This document shows, one piece after another, positions 1 through 13,381 of a stretch of DNA of 64,000 nucleotides. Origin of the DNA: Mobula hypostoma (taxonomy: Eukaryota); the NCBI RefSeq assembly GCF_963921235.1, contig NC_086097.1:110548001-110612000 (forward strand), read 5' to 3'. The notes under the pieces were generated by a model. That model saw nothing but the letters and a program-made list of their open reading frames with translations. It had not been told where the DNA came from and searched no databases. A program made the translations under genes and the position numbers. Each line of letters opens with the position of its first letter. The first letter of the stretch is position 1.

Positions 1-724
1 CGGGACTTGGGAGTCCTCGTACAGGATACCCTTAAGGTTAACCTCCAGGTTGAGTCGGTGGTGAAGACGGCGAATGCCATGTTTGGCATTCATTTCTAGA
101 GGAATAGAGTATAGGAGCAGGGATGTGATGTTAAGGCTCTATAAGGCACTGGTAAGACCTCACTTGGAGTACTGTGTGCAGTTTTGTGCTCCTTATTTAA
201 GAAAGGATGTGCTGACATTGGAGAGGGTTCAGAGAAGATTCACGAGAATGATTCCGGGAATGAGAGGGTTAACATATGAGGAACGTTTGACCACTCTTGG
301 ACTGCACTCCTTGGAGTTTAGAAGAATGAGGGGGGACCTCATAGAAGCATTTCAAACGTTGAAAGGCATGGACAGAGTGGATGTGGCACAGTTGTTTCCC
401 ATGGTGGGGGAGTCTAGTATGAGAGGGCATGACTTAAGGATTGAAGGGCGCCCATTCAGAACAGAGATGCCAAGAAATTTTTTCAGCCAGAGGGTGATGA
501 ATCTGTGGAATTTGTTGCCACAGGCGGCAGTGGAAGTCAAGTCATTGGGTGTATTTAAGGCAGAGATTGATAGGTATCTGAATAGCCAGGGCATCAAAGG
601 TTATGATGAGAAGGAGGGGGAGTGGGACTAAATGGGAGAATGGATCGGCTCATGATAGAATGGCGGAGCAGACTCGATGGGCCGAATGGCCGACTTCTGC
701 TCCTTTGTCTTATGGTTCTTATGG
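1..724 (+). mobile_element. CR1 LINE 3' end (RT C-terminus + 3'UTR)
   Basis: ORF 74-631 LYKALVRPHLEYCVQF...LERVQRRFTRMIPG...RGDLIE...NFFSQRVMNLWNLLP, followed by a tatggttcttatgg tail. Confidence 0.92.
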
Positions 725-1150
725 GATGGTAAAGACACGACAGGGATTGGAACTGGGGTCATTGAGGTGGGGGATAGAGAGTTGGAGGGGTCAGAGGAGA
801 GGTGAGGGCTGGGATGTTCATGGAAGATGGGGGCTCAGAGGAATGATGAGGGGATGAGGGGAAGAGGGGATGAAGGGTAGAAGGGAGCCTGAAAAACCCA
901 GGTTAATGGGAAATAACGCTAGAAGAAGAGAAGTAGCACCCAGTGGCAGCGAGGAGGGTCTTGGTCCGGAGATGGAGGCATCAGGGGTTAGAGCAGGGAG
1001 TGGATGGGGCCATAGTCTTGTGATGCCTGGAGCCAAAGTCGGAAACGGAGCTGGAGGCAGCGGAATCCATGGTCTCAAGGTTGACGGAGCTGAGGTCCAA
1101 GCTGGAGGCAGCAGGGTCACAGCCTGCAAAAGCTGAGGCTGAGGCTGGAG
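725..1150 (-). mobile_element. Penelope-like element, Pro/Ser-rich N-terminal fragment
   Basis: Minus strand is Pro/Ser-rich and ends in RVFTIP, similar to RAFTIPSDLSLSEAERSVLSKG in the Penelope copy at ~60650. Confidence 0.5.
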
Positions 1151-3768
1151 GGCTATGGTTTTGGATAAGTTAAATAGGCTAGGCTTGTTTTCCTTGGATT
1201 GAAAGAGGCTGAGCATTGACCATATACAAGTGCGTAGGATTATGAGAGGCATAGAGAGGGTAGTCAAAATCTTTCTTCCCATGATAGAGGTATAAAAACC
1301 AAGGGGATTAAAGGTGAAGGCAGGAGTTTTAAAGGGAATCTGAGTGACAAGGGTTTTTTCCATGCACACAGATTTGTTGCTATCTGGGACACGCTGCCAG
1401 AGGAGATGGCAGAATCTGATTCATTCATATGTTTAGACACGTAAATATGAAAGGCCCTGAAGGTTACAGTCTGAATAGAGGGAAATGGTGTTAGTGTACA
1501 GTAAACTGGCAAAAAGGTTACGTGGATGTGGTGGCCTATTTCTGTGCTCTACAGCTCTCTTTAGCTTAGAATTTATTCCATTTAAACCTGTCCTTATTAG
1601 TATAATATATGATCAAAAAGATCATATTCCTAATACAACTAGAATGTGGCATTTCATCAAAGTCCATGTACACAATATCAATGTCAAATGAAATGAACAG
1701 AATAAATATACCAAGTGTTTGAGCTGTATGGTTATCAGGACCAATGTGGCATGAATACAAGCTAATTAACTCCGTCTTTCAGATTATCTTGCAATGGCAT
1801 GGATTTCTTAATCTATATTTCAGGTGTAAAAGGAAAATCTGAACTTCCCAAATATTAAGTCTGGTTTCCTTAGTGTAAAGGGCTCAGTGAGGACAGAGTT
1901 TTAGAAGTACATCCTGCAGAGCTTTCAAAGACCTTCAAGGGAAACCGCAATACTGGACTTCACTTTGGGGAACCTAGCTAATCAATTGGAGGGATCTGGG
2001 GGAACTTAGATGATCAACTGGTCAGTGAGTGAACATATATCTCAGGTTGCAATTGAATAAAAAGTCAGAGATGGGCCAGGAATAAAGGGCCAATTTCCTG
2101 GCAAAGATAAATGGGAATAGCTACTTGCAGATAAAACCTCATCTGCACAGCAGGAAGCATTCAAAGGAGAAATACAAGAGCTCAGGGCCAATATGTACCT
2201 GTAAGGATTAAAACCAATGACACCAAACAGAGGGAACCCTTAACGTTGAAAATAAATAGGGAAAAGAAAGCATATTGGATGTACAGAGAACTAAAGATTA
2301 TAGAGGCCAGTCAAGAGTATACGAAGTCAGGGGAGGTGCTGAAAAAGAAGTTGGGAAGGCAAAGAGGTGTCATGAAATATGACTGGTGGACAGGATTAAG
2401 TTAAATCTGAAAGCTTTTGATATTAAGGATAAAAAATAACCAGTAAAAGGACAGCGCCCATGAGGGACAACACAGAAAATCTGTGCTTGGAGCCAGCAGG
2501 TATGAGTGAGCACTTTTCATTAGTATCCACAAAGGGAAAAAGACTTCATCATTGGAGAACTCAGTGAAAGGTTAGGTGAAATTCTAATGAAAGTCTCTAA
2601 AAGAGGAGACACTCAGTGTCTTAGCAGATCTAACTTTGGATAAATACCCAGCACTAGAAGAGATTTATCCCAGCTTGCTGTGGAATGCAAGGAAAGTGAT
2701 TGCTGTGGCTATGACTGAGGCTTTGCTGGTCACAAGTGAGGTAGCCAATCAACAAATGATGGCAGACGTGGTCCCTCTTTTCAAGAAGGCAGTAAGAAAC
2801 AATTTGGTAAATGTAGATCAGTTAGCTTAATATCAACAGTCAGGATGTTGTTGGACAAGATTTTGAGGAAAAGTATTAAGAGCCATCATGGCTTTGTCAA
2901 GAACATATTCTGTCCAATCTGACTGAACTTTTGAAAGAGGTAGAAGAGGGCATTAATGAAGGCAGTGCAGCAGATATGGTTTAGATAAACTTCAGTAAGG
3001 CCTTTGACAAGCTCTCACATAGGAATTTAGTCCAAAAGATTAGGACACATGGGATCCAGAGTAAATTGGTAATATGGATCCAAAATTAACATAGTGATAG
3101 GAGACAGGGCGATGACAGAGGGTTCTTTCTGTGTCTAGGTGCCTGTGACCACAAGCACCAGTGATAGAACCCTTACTGTTTCTAATAAATGTGAACTATC
3201 TGGATGTGGATGTAGGAGGCATCAAAAGTTTGCAGATGACAGGATGTTTGGTAGAGTTGTTCGCAGGGTGGAAGGTAATCCCAAGCTGATATCTATGTTT
3301 TAATACACTGAAAAATGACAGATGGAGTTTAATCCAGATACATGGGAGGTGATGTGTTTTCAAAGTACAGTACTAATATGGCGAGAGCAGACATTGATGA
3401 TTGATGATATGACTATTGATGATAGGATTGGTGAAAGTACTGAGGAACAAGAGATACACAGGCATACAAGTCCAAAGAATGCTTGACGGTGGCAATACAG
3501 GCAGCTAATGTGGTTAAGAGACCTATGGGATAGTTGCCATTATTAGTCAGTGTATTGAACACAAGAGTAGGAAGGTTATGCTCCAGCTTCATAAAACATT
3601 GGCTAAATTGTTGAAGTACTAAGTGCAGTTCTGGTCACTATACTCTAGTGATAGTGCTGGGGAGGGGCTTACAGGAGATCAACCAGGATGTCTTCTTAAC
3701 TGGAGCACTTCAATTATGAGGAGGGACTAGAAAGGCTAGATCTGTTTTGCCTGAAATGGTGGCCATTA

Positions 3769-4105
3769 AGACCATTAGATATAGGAGCAGAATTAGGCCA
3801 CTTGGCCCATTGAGTCTGCTCCGCCATTTCATCATGGCTGATCCATTTCCCTCTCAGCCCCAATCTCTTGCCTTCTCCTTGTATTCTTCATGCCCTGACT
3901 AATCCAAAAATCTATCAACCTCTGCCTTGAATATACCCAAAGACATGGCCTCCACAGCCGCCTGTGGCAACAACTTACACAGATTCACCACTGTCTGGCA
4001 AAATAAATTCCTCCTTATCTGCGTTCTAAATGGACACCCCTCTATTTTAAGGATGTGTCCTCTGGTCTTAGACTCCCACACCATAGGAAACATCCTCTCC
4101 ATATC
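3769..4105 (-). mobile_element. CR1 3' end inserted antisense into the older CR1
   Basis: ORF 3899-4102 MFPMVWESKTRGHILKIEG...LLPQAAVEA, same family as 1-724. Confidence 0.85.
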
Positions 4106-4354
4106 TCAAATCACAGAGAGAACGTGATAAAGATATATAAAATTATGCAGGGTACAGATAGGGTAAACTGCAGGAAACTTTTCTCCATCTCAGAGATAAA
4201 TATAATGAGAAAACATTGATTTAGGTTAAGACTTGAGATTTAGAAAGGATCTGAGAAGGGACCTCTTCCACCCAACCGAGAGGCGAGTACCCAGAATGCA
4301 CTGCATGAGATAGCAATGGAAGCAGAATTACTGACAGCATTTAATTAATGACTG

Positions 4355-5185
4355 ACCACGCCCCCCCCACCACTTTCCACAGAGATCTCTCCCTCCACAA
4401 TTCCCTTGTCTATTCATCCCTCCTTACTAATCTCCCTCCCAGCACTTACCCCTGCAGGTGGCCCGAGTGTTACACCTGCTCATTCACCTCCAAGCAGTCC
4501 TTGCAGCTGAGGCAACTCTATACCTGAGAATCTGCTGGGGTCATCTATTGTGCCCGGTGCTCCTGATGCAGCCTCCTCTACACTGGTGAGACCCGTCGTA
4601 AATCGGGGGACCACTTTGTTAAGTACCTCCTCTCCATCTGCCAAAAGCAGAATTTCCTGGTGGCCAAACATGCTAATTCCAATTCCCATTCCCATTCCAA
4701 AATGTCGGTCCATGGCCTCCTCTTGTGCCACACTGAGGCCACGCTCAGGGTGGAGGAGCAACACCTTATATTCCATCTAGGTAGCCTTCAACCTGTTGGC
4801 ATGAATATCAATTTTTTCCTTCCGATAAAAAGCTTTTTCCCTCCCTCCTCTTTTTCTATTCCCCACTCTAGCCTTTTACCTGTCCTCACCGGCCTATGAC
4901 TTCTGCCTGGATCCCCTCCTCCTTCCCTTTCTCCTATGATCCACTTTCCTCTCCTATCAGATTTCTTCTTCTCCAGTCCTTGACCTTTCCCACCTGCCTG
5001 GGTTTTCCCATCACATTCCAGTTAGACTCCTTCTCTACACCCCCCCCCCAACAACCTTTTTATTCTGGTGTCTTCCCTTTCCAAATGAGTCCTAAAGAAG
5101 GGTCTTGGCCCAAAACCGCAACTATTTATCCATCTCCATAGATGCTGCCAGACCTGCAGAGTTCCTCCAGCATTTTGAGTGTGTA
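4355..5185 (+). mobile_element. Penelope-like element 3' part (GIY-YIG region + terminal repeat)
   Basis: GVIYCARCS*CSLLYTGET GIY-YIG motif at ~4538-4595, EEQHLIFHLGSLQPVGMNI C-terminus, terminal unit with a decayed hammerhead at ~5090. Confidence 0.85.
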
Positions 5186-6019
5186 GCATTTAAGGAGTGT
5201 CTAGATGAGCCGCTGAATCACAAGTCGTAGGTGGCTTTGGGCCACGTGCTGGAATTAATACAGATGGGTGCCCACTGTTCAGCATGGATGTGGATTTCTG
5301 GAGCAAATGAGTTTCTGATTTAATGCCAAGGAAAAAGACTGCAATATGAGTAGCAAATTATTTTGTAAAATATGCAGAAATGATTTTGCCAAGAAATGTA
5401 TTTATAGCTGGGATGTACTGCTGGTCAGCGCTTTGGCTCTCTCCGTGGCAGTCCAGGGGAAATAACGTTTTATGGCCCAGGGAGGAGGCAGCAGAGGGAA
5501 GGGCGTGAGTTCAGATTTCCGAGACAGGGACACTGAAAAATGAGTTGATAAAATAATTTAAAAGACGTATGTGCCATTCAACAGAGGAGCCAAAAAGATG
5601 GAGGAAATCACTTGACTCAGGGGTAGGATCCATGGAAAGTGGAGCAATGCCAAAAATGTACCATGCCTAGATTGAGTTAGAGAACACAAACACAGCTCTG
5701 CACATTCATGTTCACCATATTACACTCATCTATACCAACACCCTGTACCAGCACTTGGACCTTTGCCTTCTACAGTATATTTTTCCAATTAAATGTTTTG
5801 GTGTCAGGCCCTCCAAATACAAAACTCAAACTTTCCCAACATGAGCATTGGGAGAGTACAGACTAACTCAAAAGCAAGATCCCTCCCTAATCCTCATGGT
5901 CCAATAGAGAGACCAGGAATCACATGGTCCAATACAGAGAGATCAGGATCCAGTGGTTCTCAATAATAGATTTGTCAAAAAATTAGTAACAGCATTCATT
6001 AGAAGTCCAAAACTTTCAA

Positions 6020-6905
6020 GACAGAGTCACAGAATCACAGATCAATACAGCCCAGATTCACGCCCTTTGGCCAAATGAGTCTATGTTAACCACACTGTCC
6101 ACCCAGCCAGCTCCAATTTCCTGCACTCGGCCCATATGCCCCAGGCTGCTCCTCTCCATGCACCTATCCAAGTGCTTCTTGAATGATACAATTGCACCTG
6201 CCTCAATCACTCTTCAGGCAGCTCGCTCCGTATACTCACCACTCTCTATGTGAAAAAGTTGCCCTCAAGTCCCTTTTAAATCTTTTCCCTCTCATCCTAA
6301 ATCTAAGACCCAAGTTTTGAACTTCCTGCCTTGGGGACAAGACTGCTGCAATCTCCTTTATCTATGTCTCTTGTAATTTCAATAAGGTTGCTTCTCATTT
6401 TCCTACTTTCCAAGGAATAAAGGCCCAGCCTGGCCAATGTCTCTGTATAATTCAGCCCCTTTAGTCCCGGCAACATCCTCATAAATCTTTTCAGCACTCT
6501 TTCCCATTTAACTATGTCTTTCCTCCAACAGAATAACCAAACCCATTACACAGTACTTCAGCTAACCCTATCTACCTGTACCCATGATGCCTCTTTCTAT
6601 GAACTATGCACTTGTAATCCTAGGTTCCTCTGTTCCATTGCACACCCCAGTGCCTTATCATTCATAGTACAAGTCCTACTCTGGTCTAGCATTCCAAAAT
6701 GGATGACATCACACTAATCCGTATTGAAATCCATTTGCCGTTCCTTGCCCGTGTCTCTAACTAATCTGATCCACTGTGTAATCTACGATAGTGTTCTTCC
6801 CTATCAACAACACCTACAAATTTCGTTTCCTCTGCAAACTCACAGACCAGGCCAAGCCTTGTGCATCCACATCTAAATTATTCCTAATATTGAAAAGCAA
6901 GGGCC
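6020..6905 (-). mobile_element. CR1 LINE 3' fragment
   Basis: ORF 6303-6497 KRFMRMLPGLKGLNYTETLARLGLYSLE. Confidence 0.75.
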
Positions 6906-6909
6906 CCAA

Positions 6910-9050
6910 CACCATTGTTCTGTTGTTTAAGAAAGGCTCTAAGAATGGGATGGGAAATAGTAGGCTGGTGGGCCTGATGCCAGTAGTGGGTAAACTATTG
7001 GAAGGTATTCTAAGGGACCAAATAGGGTCTCGGCCAGAAATGTTGACTGTACTCTTTTCCACAGATTCTGCCTGGCCTGCATTCTTCCAGCATTTTGTGT
7101 CTGTTGCATGCATTTATATGTGATAGGTCATATTTAAACCAATCTTACTGAGTGAGGAGGTTACCCGGAATGTTGATGAGAGAAAGGCAGTGGAAGTTAC
7201 CTACATGGACTTTCACAATGACCCACATGCGAGGTTGGTCAAGGAGTTTAGTCACTTGACATTAAGGATGAGATAGTAATTTGGATTATAAATGGGCTTA
7301 ATTGAAGAAGCCACAGAGTGGTAGTAGGTTTTTGCCTTTCTGACTGGAGACATGTAACTAGTGGTGTGCCACAGGGATCGGTGTTGGGTCTGTTGATGTT
7401 TGTCATCTATAGCAATGATTTGTATGATAATGTAGTAAACCAGATTAGCAAATTTGTGGATGGTACCAAGACTGAGTAAACTGGATAGCAAGGAAGGCTA
7501 TCAAAGCTTGCAGCAGAATCTGGATCAGCTAGAAAAATGGGCTGAAAAATGGTAGATGGAATTTAGACAAGCGTGCACTTTGGAAGGACAAAGCAGGGTA
7601 GGGTAGGACTTACAGAGTGAATACTACGACATTGAAGAGTGCAGTAGGACAGAGGGATCTGAGAATACAGATCTATAATTTATTGAAAGTGATGTTACAG
7701 GTAGATACTGTCATAAAGAGTTTTGGTGCATTAGCCTTTATAAATCAAAGTATTGAGTATAGGAGTGGGGATGTTATGTTGAAGCTGTATAAGATGTTTG
7801 AAAGATCTAATTTGGAGTATTGTGTGCAGTTCTGATCACTCACATACAGGAAAGATATCAATAAGATTGAAAGAGTACAGAGAAAATATATGAACGTTGC
7901 CGGGACGTATGAATATATGAGAACGCTGCTGGGATGTCTGAATCTGAGTTACAGAGGAATGTTGAATCGGTTCGGACTTCATTCTCTGGCGCATAGGAAC
8001 ATGTGGGTGGAGCTTAAGAGGACGATGGCGCCTAACGCCGACTCCTCTGCTTGCATCTTTGGAAACAGCTCTATTTCTAACTTTAATATCTCTATTTTCA
8101 CCATTCAGGATTCCTTTGAAGACCCTGACCTGGAGTTATATGCTGACTTCAGTTCTTTGTGGGAATGGGATCCACTCTCAGGGTTTCACGACTGGCCGCT
8201 ATTCGATATGCCAAGGACGTGGCCTAGAAGACTACCGTGCCTTCAGGTTTCCGGGATTTCATGGCTCTGGAGGTGGGCAGACTCAAGGTTGGTGCCTCTG
8301 CAGGGAATTGATGTCTCATGGGAGACAGACGATCCAAAGCAGCAAGCTAGCTGCTGGCTGTGTGCCCAGAGACCCGAGTTCTTTGGGCACAGAGCTCGGA
8401 AAAAGCGATGCAACAGACTCTTAACATCATAAATCAGGGAGTTGTTTGTTATGCCTCCCCTCTCACTGTGAAATGGGAACACCTCTTTTTTCCCTTATTA
8501 GGGGGAGAGCGAGCCTGTGGTATGTCAAATTACCAGGTGAACTAGTAGTCTTTGGGGTACTGCAAGTCTGTGTCTTTATTGATGCTTTGCTGCACGCATG
8601 ATTGCTCGGTGGCGGACACCAAAACTTTTTTTGCTGGTAGGGGAGGGGGATCGCAGCTTTGTTGCTACTTACACATGGGAGGGGGAATTGGTGGGGGGCT
8701 TTGGGGTTCTAACATTTAACTGTCATTCATTCTCTGGGGTATTCCTCTGTTTTCGCAGATGGTTGCGAAGAAAAAGAATTTCAGGATGTATATTGTATAC
8801 ATTTCTCTGACATTAAATAAACCTTTGAATGAGGGAGATTTGACAGAGGTGAACAAAATTATGACAGGTATGGATAGGATAAGTGCATGCAGGCTTTTTC
8901 CACTGAGGCTTGGTGAGATTAGAACTAGAATTCATGGGTTAAAGGCGAAAGATCAAATGTTTAAGGGTAACTTCTTCACTCAGAGGATGGTGAAAGTGTG
9001 TAATACTGCCAGTGGAAGTGGAGGATGTGGGTTTGATTTCAACATTTAAC
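6910..9050 (+). mobile_element. CR1 LINE fragment interrupted by a Penelope end (~7020-7110) and a short non-LTR element (8000-8828)
   Basis: VLLFKKGSK..SRLVGLMPVVGKLLE, GVPQGSVLG, LEYCVQF, resuming at GDLTEVNKIM...NFFTQRMV after 8828. Confidence 0.8.
8000..8828 (+). mobile_element. Non-autonomous non-LTR (SINE-like / internally deleted LINE) element
   Basis: Begins with a gatggcg head, has no RT, ends aagaatttcaggatgtatattgtatac...aataaacctttgaa (LINE-type tail), and splits CR1 coding sequence. Confidence 0.6.
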
Positions 9051-10014
9051 AACCTCTCCATTCAATAGGGGAGGAGATTGGAGTGGAAGGGAAAAGAACA
9101 ATTACTGGAACGATGACGGATGCCCCGAACACCACCAAGACCAAAAATTGGTTTTGATGGCCGAGGGCAGATAGAGGTGAAGGAACTTCATTGCTGCCCT
9201 GAACAACAGCAGCCTAATAGGCAGTAAGCATAATAGAAACAAAGACCACTTATGTGCTTACGTTGCTGATTGTTATGTGATTTTTAGATGGATTGAATGA
9301 GTGAAGCATTCTCTATCTATTCACATTGAGCAGCAAATTATGGTGAACAATGACACTATACAGTAAGTGTCTGCAGAAAGAGGTTACATAACATTTACAA
9401 GTGAGCAATTTCCATATGCTTTATGATCATGAAGCATTCACTCTGTCCTTTGCTTGGATTTAGGATATGTAGGCTGCATTTTTGCAAATTACACTGTCAA
9501 TATTTTTTGGATGAAACGTTATTGAGACAACTCTGTACAATCTCCTACTCGAGATATTTGATTGTGCAAGACCAAAGTATTCCTCAGTGCATTACTAGTA
9601 CAATGTCTCAATGAAGCCCTTGCCAGAGAGTCCAAAAGTAGCAAGTGAAGCAACGTGAACATTATTCCTTGCAATAGCTCAGAATAATTCTTCGATTTTT
9701 AATGTGGAATAATTCCAGAGGAAGTCAGTTTCTACTCCATTTGATTGACAAGAGGGATGCAGCAATTGATAGGACTAGGAATGAGCAATAATCACTGTGT
9801 ATCCATTATGCTGTGACAAGGGAAGAAAAATCCTTAAGACCTAACAACTACCCTTATGATGAGAAAGCAGTGATTTTAAATCTAATATACAGAATCAGGT
9901 ATCACAAACATATTTTTAATGCAGATTGAACAGAACTTACAAACTAGGATCTGTAGTGGATCACCCAGCTGCTCAAACCTGCTCTGACAGCCATTAAGTG
10001 AGATAATGGTGGAT

Positions 10015-10490
10015 TTGACTGTTGCTGCATCACTGTCTGGTATGGGGGGTGGGGTGGTGGTGGCTACTGTACAGGATCGAAATAAGCTACAGAGAGTTGT
10101 AAACTTTGTTCACTTCATCATGGGCACTAGCCTCTGTAGTATCCAGGACATCTCCAAGAACCAAAACCTCTAAAAGGTGGCATCAATCATTAAGGACCCC
10201 CACCACCCAGGTCATATTCTTTTCTCATTGCAACCATCAGGAAGGAGGTACAGAAGCCTGAAGACACACACTCAACAATTCAGGCACAGCTTCTTCCCCT
10301 CTGCCGTCGATTTCTGAATGGACATTGAACCCATGAACACTACCTCACTTTTTTTATATATACACACACACACACACACATATACACTAATTCACAGCCT
10401 TTTTCCCCTATGATTATGTATTGCAATGTACTGCTGCCACAAAGTCAATAAATTATGCTGCTGATATTAAACCTGATTCTGGTTCTGCTT
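10015..10490 (+). mobile_element. Rex-Babar-type LINE 3' end
   Basis: Homologous to 15650-16175; ends attaaacctgattctggttct. Confidence 0.75.
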
Positions 10491-11084
10491 CAACCCTACA
10501 TTCCTGTCTAAACATGTTACTTTATCACATTTTTATCTACCTCTGACTTAATAATATTGAAAATTCTGTTTCCACCACCTTTGTGGAAGATTGCTCCAAG
10601 AATACACTAAGGGAAAAAATAGCCTCAGCTCTGTCTGAAATGCAGACTACATAATTTTAAACGGTGAGTAGGAACCCCTCACTGCAGCACCAAGTCCTTT
10701 TCACAGAAGGAATGCACATATTTAAACATCACTTAGACACAGCTGTGTGATTCAACTATTGTGTCCTTCATGGATCTAATTGGGTAACCCATTCAACCCA
10801 GTCATTTAAGAAAAAGTCTCCTTGGTACCATAGATCTGGCTGGAGCTGACATATAGTACATATCATGAAAAATCTTTGCAAACGAGCCATTTATTCCTCA
10901 AAGTAGCATTTTGGTAACAGTAACCTACATCATTTTGTTCCTTTCTGACCTCAAAGAAAACAGTCCATTTGTCTCATTGTAAATATATCAGGTCCTATTA
11001 GAGCAATCCCATCTATCTCATTCCCTGCTTGTTCTCCGGTCTTCCAAATTGTTCTCAAGGGCCTTCTGAACATACTAACTGGCA

Positions 11085-11915
11085 AATAACCTCTTCCTCA
11101 ATATCAGCAAGACAAAGGAGATGGTTATTGTCTTCAGGAGAACTCGTACCACTCACACCCCGCTTTACATTGGAGGCACAGCAGTAAGCAGTTTGAAACT
11201 CTTGAGAGGGCACACCTGGTGCAATCTCTCATGGTCTCAGGACACATTCTATGCAATCACGAAAGCTCACCAACACCTCTACTTTGAGCTGGTTGAAGAG
11301 AGCCACCTGACTATGCACATCAACCCAGGACCATTTACAGATACACAGCAGAGAGCATCCTAACATGCTGCATCATTGCATGGTTCAGAAACTGCACTCC
11401 GGTGGACAGACCGGATCTACAACAGGTAGTTACAATTGCCTAATGCATCACTGGAGCCAGCCTACCTGCCATCAAGGACATACAGTATATACACAATGGT
11501 GCCGGAAAAGGCCAGCAATACCACGAAGGTTCTCACCCACTCTGCCCACAGGCTGCTTGTCCCACTCCCATCAGGGAGGAGGCCATGTAGCATCCACACC
11601 AGGAACCCAAGCTCAAAAACAGTTACTTTTCACAAGCTAGTCAACACCTCCACCCACAACCCACCCCCCACCACCACTACTTTATCATTTCCTGTCGCTC
11701 ACCTTGTGTACAGACACTCCTGTGCCTAGCATCACTTTATGAACATACAATCAATCTGTGTGTGCAAGCTATCTTATGTATTTATATTTATTGTATCTTT
11801 ATACTATTGTGTTCTTTTGTGTTTTTTTGCATTGGATCTGGAACAACAATTACTTCAATCTCCTTTATACACTTATTGAAAATGGCATTAAAAAATCTTG
11901 AATTTCTGATTCTAT
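11085..11915 (+). mobile_element. Rex-Babar-type LINE 3' fragment (second subfamily)
   Basis: KTKEMVIVFRR, LLVPLPSGRR motifs; 3'UTR shared with 26150-26640 and 43780-44100. Confidence 0.75.
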
Positions 11916-11932
11916 TCACCTTAATTCAACAT

Positions 11933-12229
11933 AAGCAACACACACAAAATCCTGGAGGAATTCAGCAGGTCTGGCAGTATCTATGGAAAAGAATAAACAG
12001 TCGATATTTCAGGCCGTGACCTTGACAGTTTACTCTTCTTCAGAGATGCTGCCTGACCTGCTGAGTTCCTCCAATGTTTTGATAGATAGATAGATAGGCA
12101 GATATACTTTATTGATCCCGAAGGAAATTGGGTTTTGTTACAGCCGCACCAACCAAGAATAGAGCATAAATATAGTGTGTGTGTTGTTTGGATTTCCAGC
12201 ATCTGCAGACTTTCTTGTGTTTGTGATTA
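11933..12229. mobile_element. Inverted pair of Penelope termini with a nested (GATA)n-tailed LINE end (~12081-12175)
   Basis: ctggaggaattcagcagg...gcagtatct and gatgctgcctgacctgctgagttcctcca are inverted; flanked by aattcaacat at 11923-11932 and 12230-12239. Confidence 0.7.
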
Positions 12230-13381
12230 AATTCAACATTCTAACTACATTCAAAAACTATCTTCCTCACTGCTGTAGGGGAAAGAATAGTGAAGGCTAA
12301 TAGCTTGTCAGTTGGGGTGTAGATTGTGCTAATGTGGTATCAGGAAACTGCAGACGAAAGTAGAGACATGAAATACAGTAGTGACAACACCCAGGCTACA
12401 GGAACATCACTAATTATGCTGTAATAGGAAATTGGACTTACAGTTAGCATAATTTTTATTCTGTAATCAGGACCCAGTCTGCATCTGAATTAAGTCTCCC
12501 TGTCGCTGCCTTTCTGTTATCAAAATTTGGTTTTACTGGTAACCTTGTCGACAGAGAATGTAAAGGCTGTACCAAATTCATGTTCAGATAGATCAGCTTT
12601 GACTGGTCACCTGGTGCACACCAATCCTTTAATAAATCACACATTATTTTGAACACCAATTCAGTTTGCTCCTATACTCACACTCTGCTTTACCCAAAAT
12701 GTATTTAAATCAATACCGGTCTAAGTGAAACCACCCAATTACACATTATGACATGACACAGAAAGAGCCTGTTTGGCAATTGTCCATGCACACAGATTAA
12801 ACCTGCAGATGTCCAACTCTATCCTAATTCTAGTGACTGATGAATCAAAGTAATTCCTTTGTGCGATCCGATGAAAGGTCTCAGACTTAAAGCATTATCT
12901 ATTTATCTTTCCACAAATGCCAACTGAACTGCTGAATGTTTCCAACATTTTCTGGTTTGGTAACTATTTTGAGGTGGTCTACAAGCTGTTTAATAAATGG
13001 TATAGTTAAAATTGAACACATACAGTAATTTTTCATAGATATTTTGGCTGGGAACCTACCACATTTAATCAGTCCTATTCCCTATATGACACGATAGGAT
13101 ATCTTCTCCAGGTACAACCAAATTATCTTAGTGTAGCAGCTAGTGCATCGCTTCACAGTAGCAACAGAAGTTCAATTCCCACTGCTGCCTGTAAAGAGTT
13201 TGTACTTTCTCCTCATGACGGTGTGGGTTTCCTCCCACACTCCAGAGTTGTGGGCATGCAATGCTGGCACCAAAAACATGGTGACACTTGAAGTTCAAGT
13301 TTATTGCCATTCAATTGTACACGTGTATACCCCAACCAAGACACCATTCCTCCAGACCAGGGTGTACAACACAGTTAAGTA

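Larger units (their letters stand above)
1880..5300 (+). mobile_element. Degenerate CR1 LINE (ORF2), interrupted by younger insertions
   Basis: Decayed CR1 RT motifs (VVPLFKK, DFSKAFDK-like at ~2990, KFADD at ~3230, VQFWS at ~3625). The 3' end resumes after the Penelope insert at ~5186. Confidence 0.75.

Noticed and set aside
12430..12660. Minus-strand GTAAGT donor-like site near a 67-aa ORF as the next ITGA9 exon
   Set aside because: No similarity to the expected DNTL..VPLMHEVDTSITG sequence.
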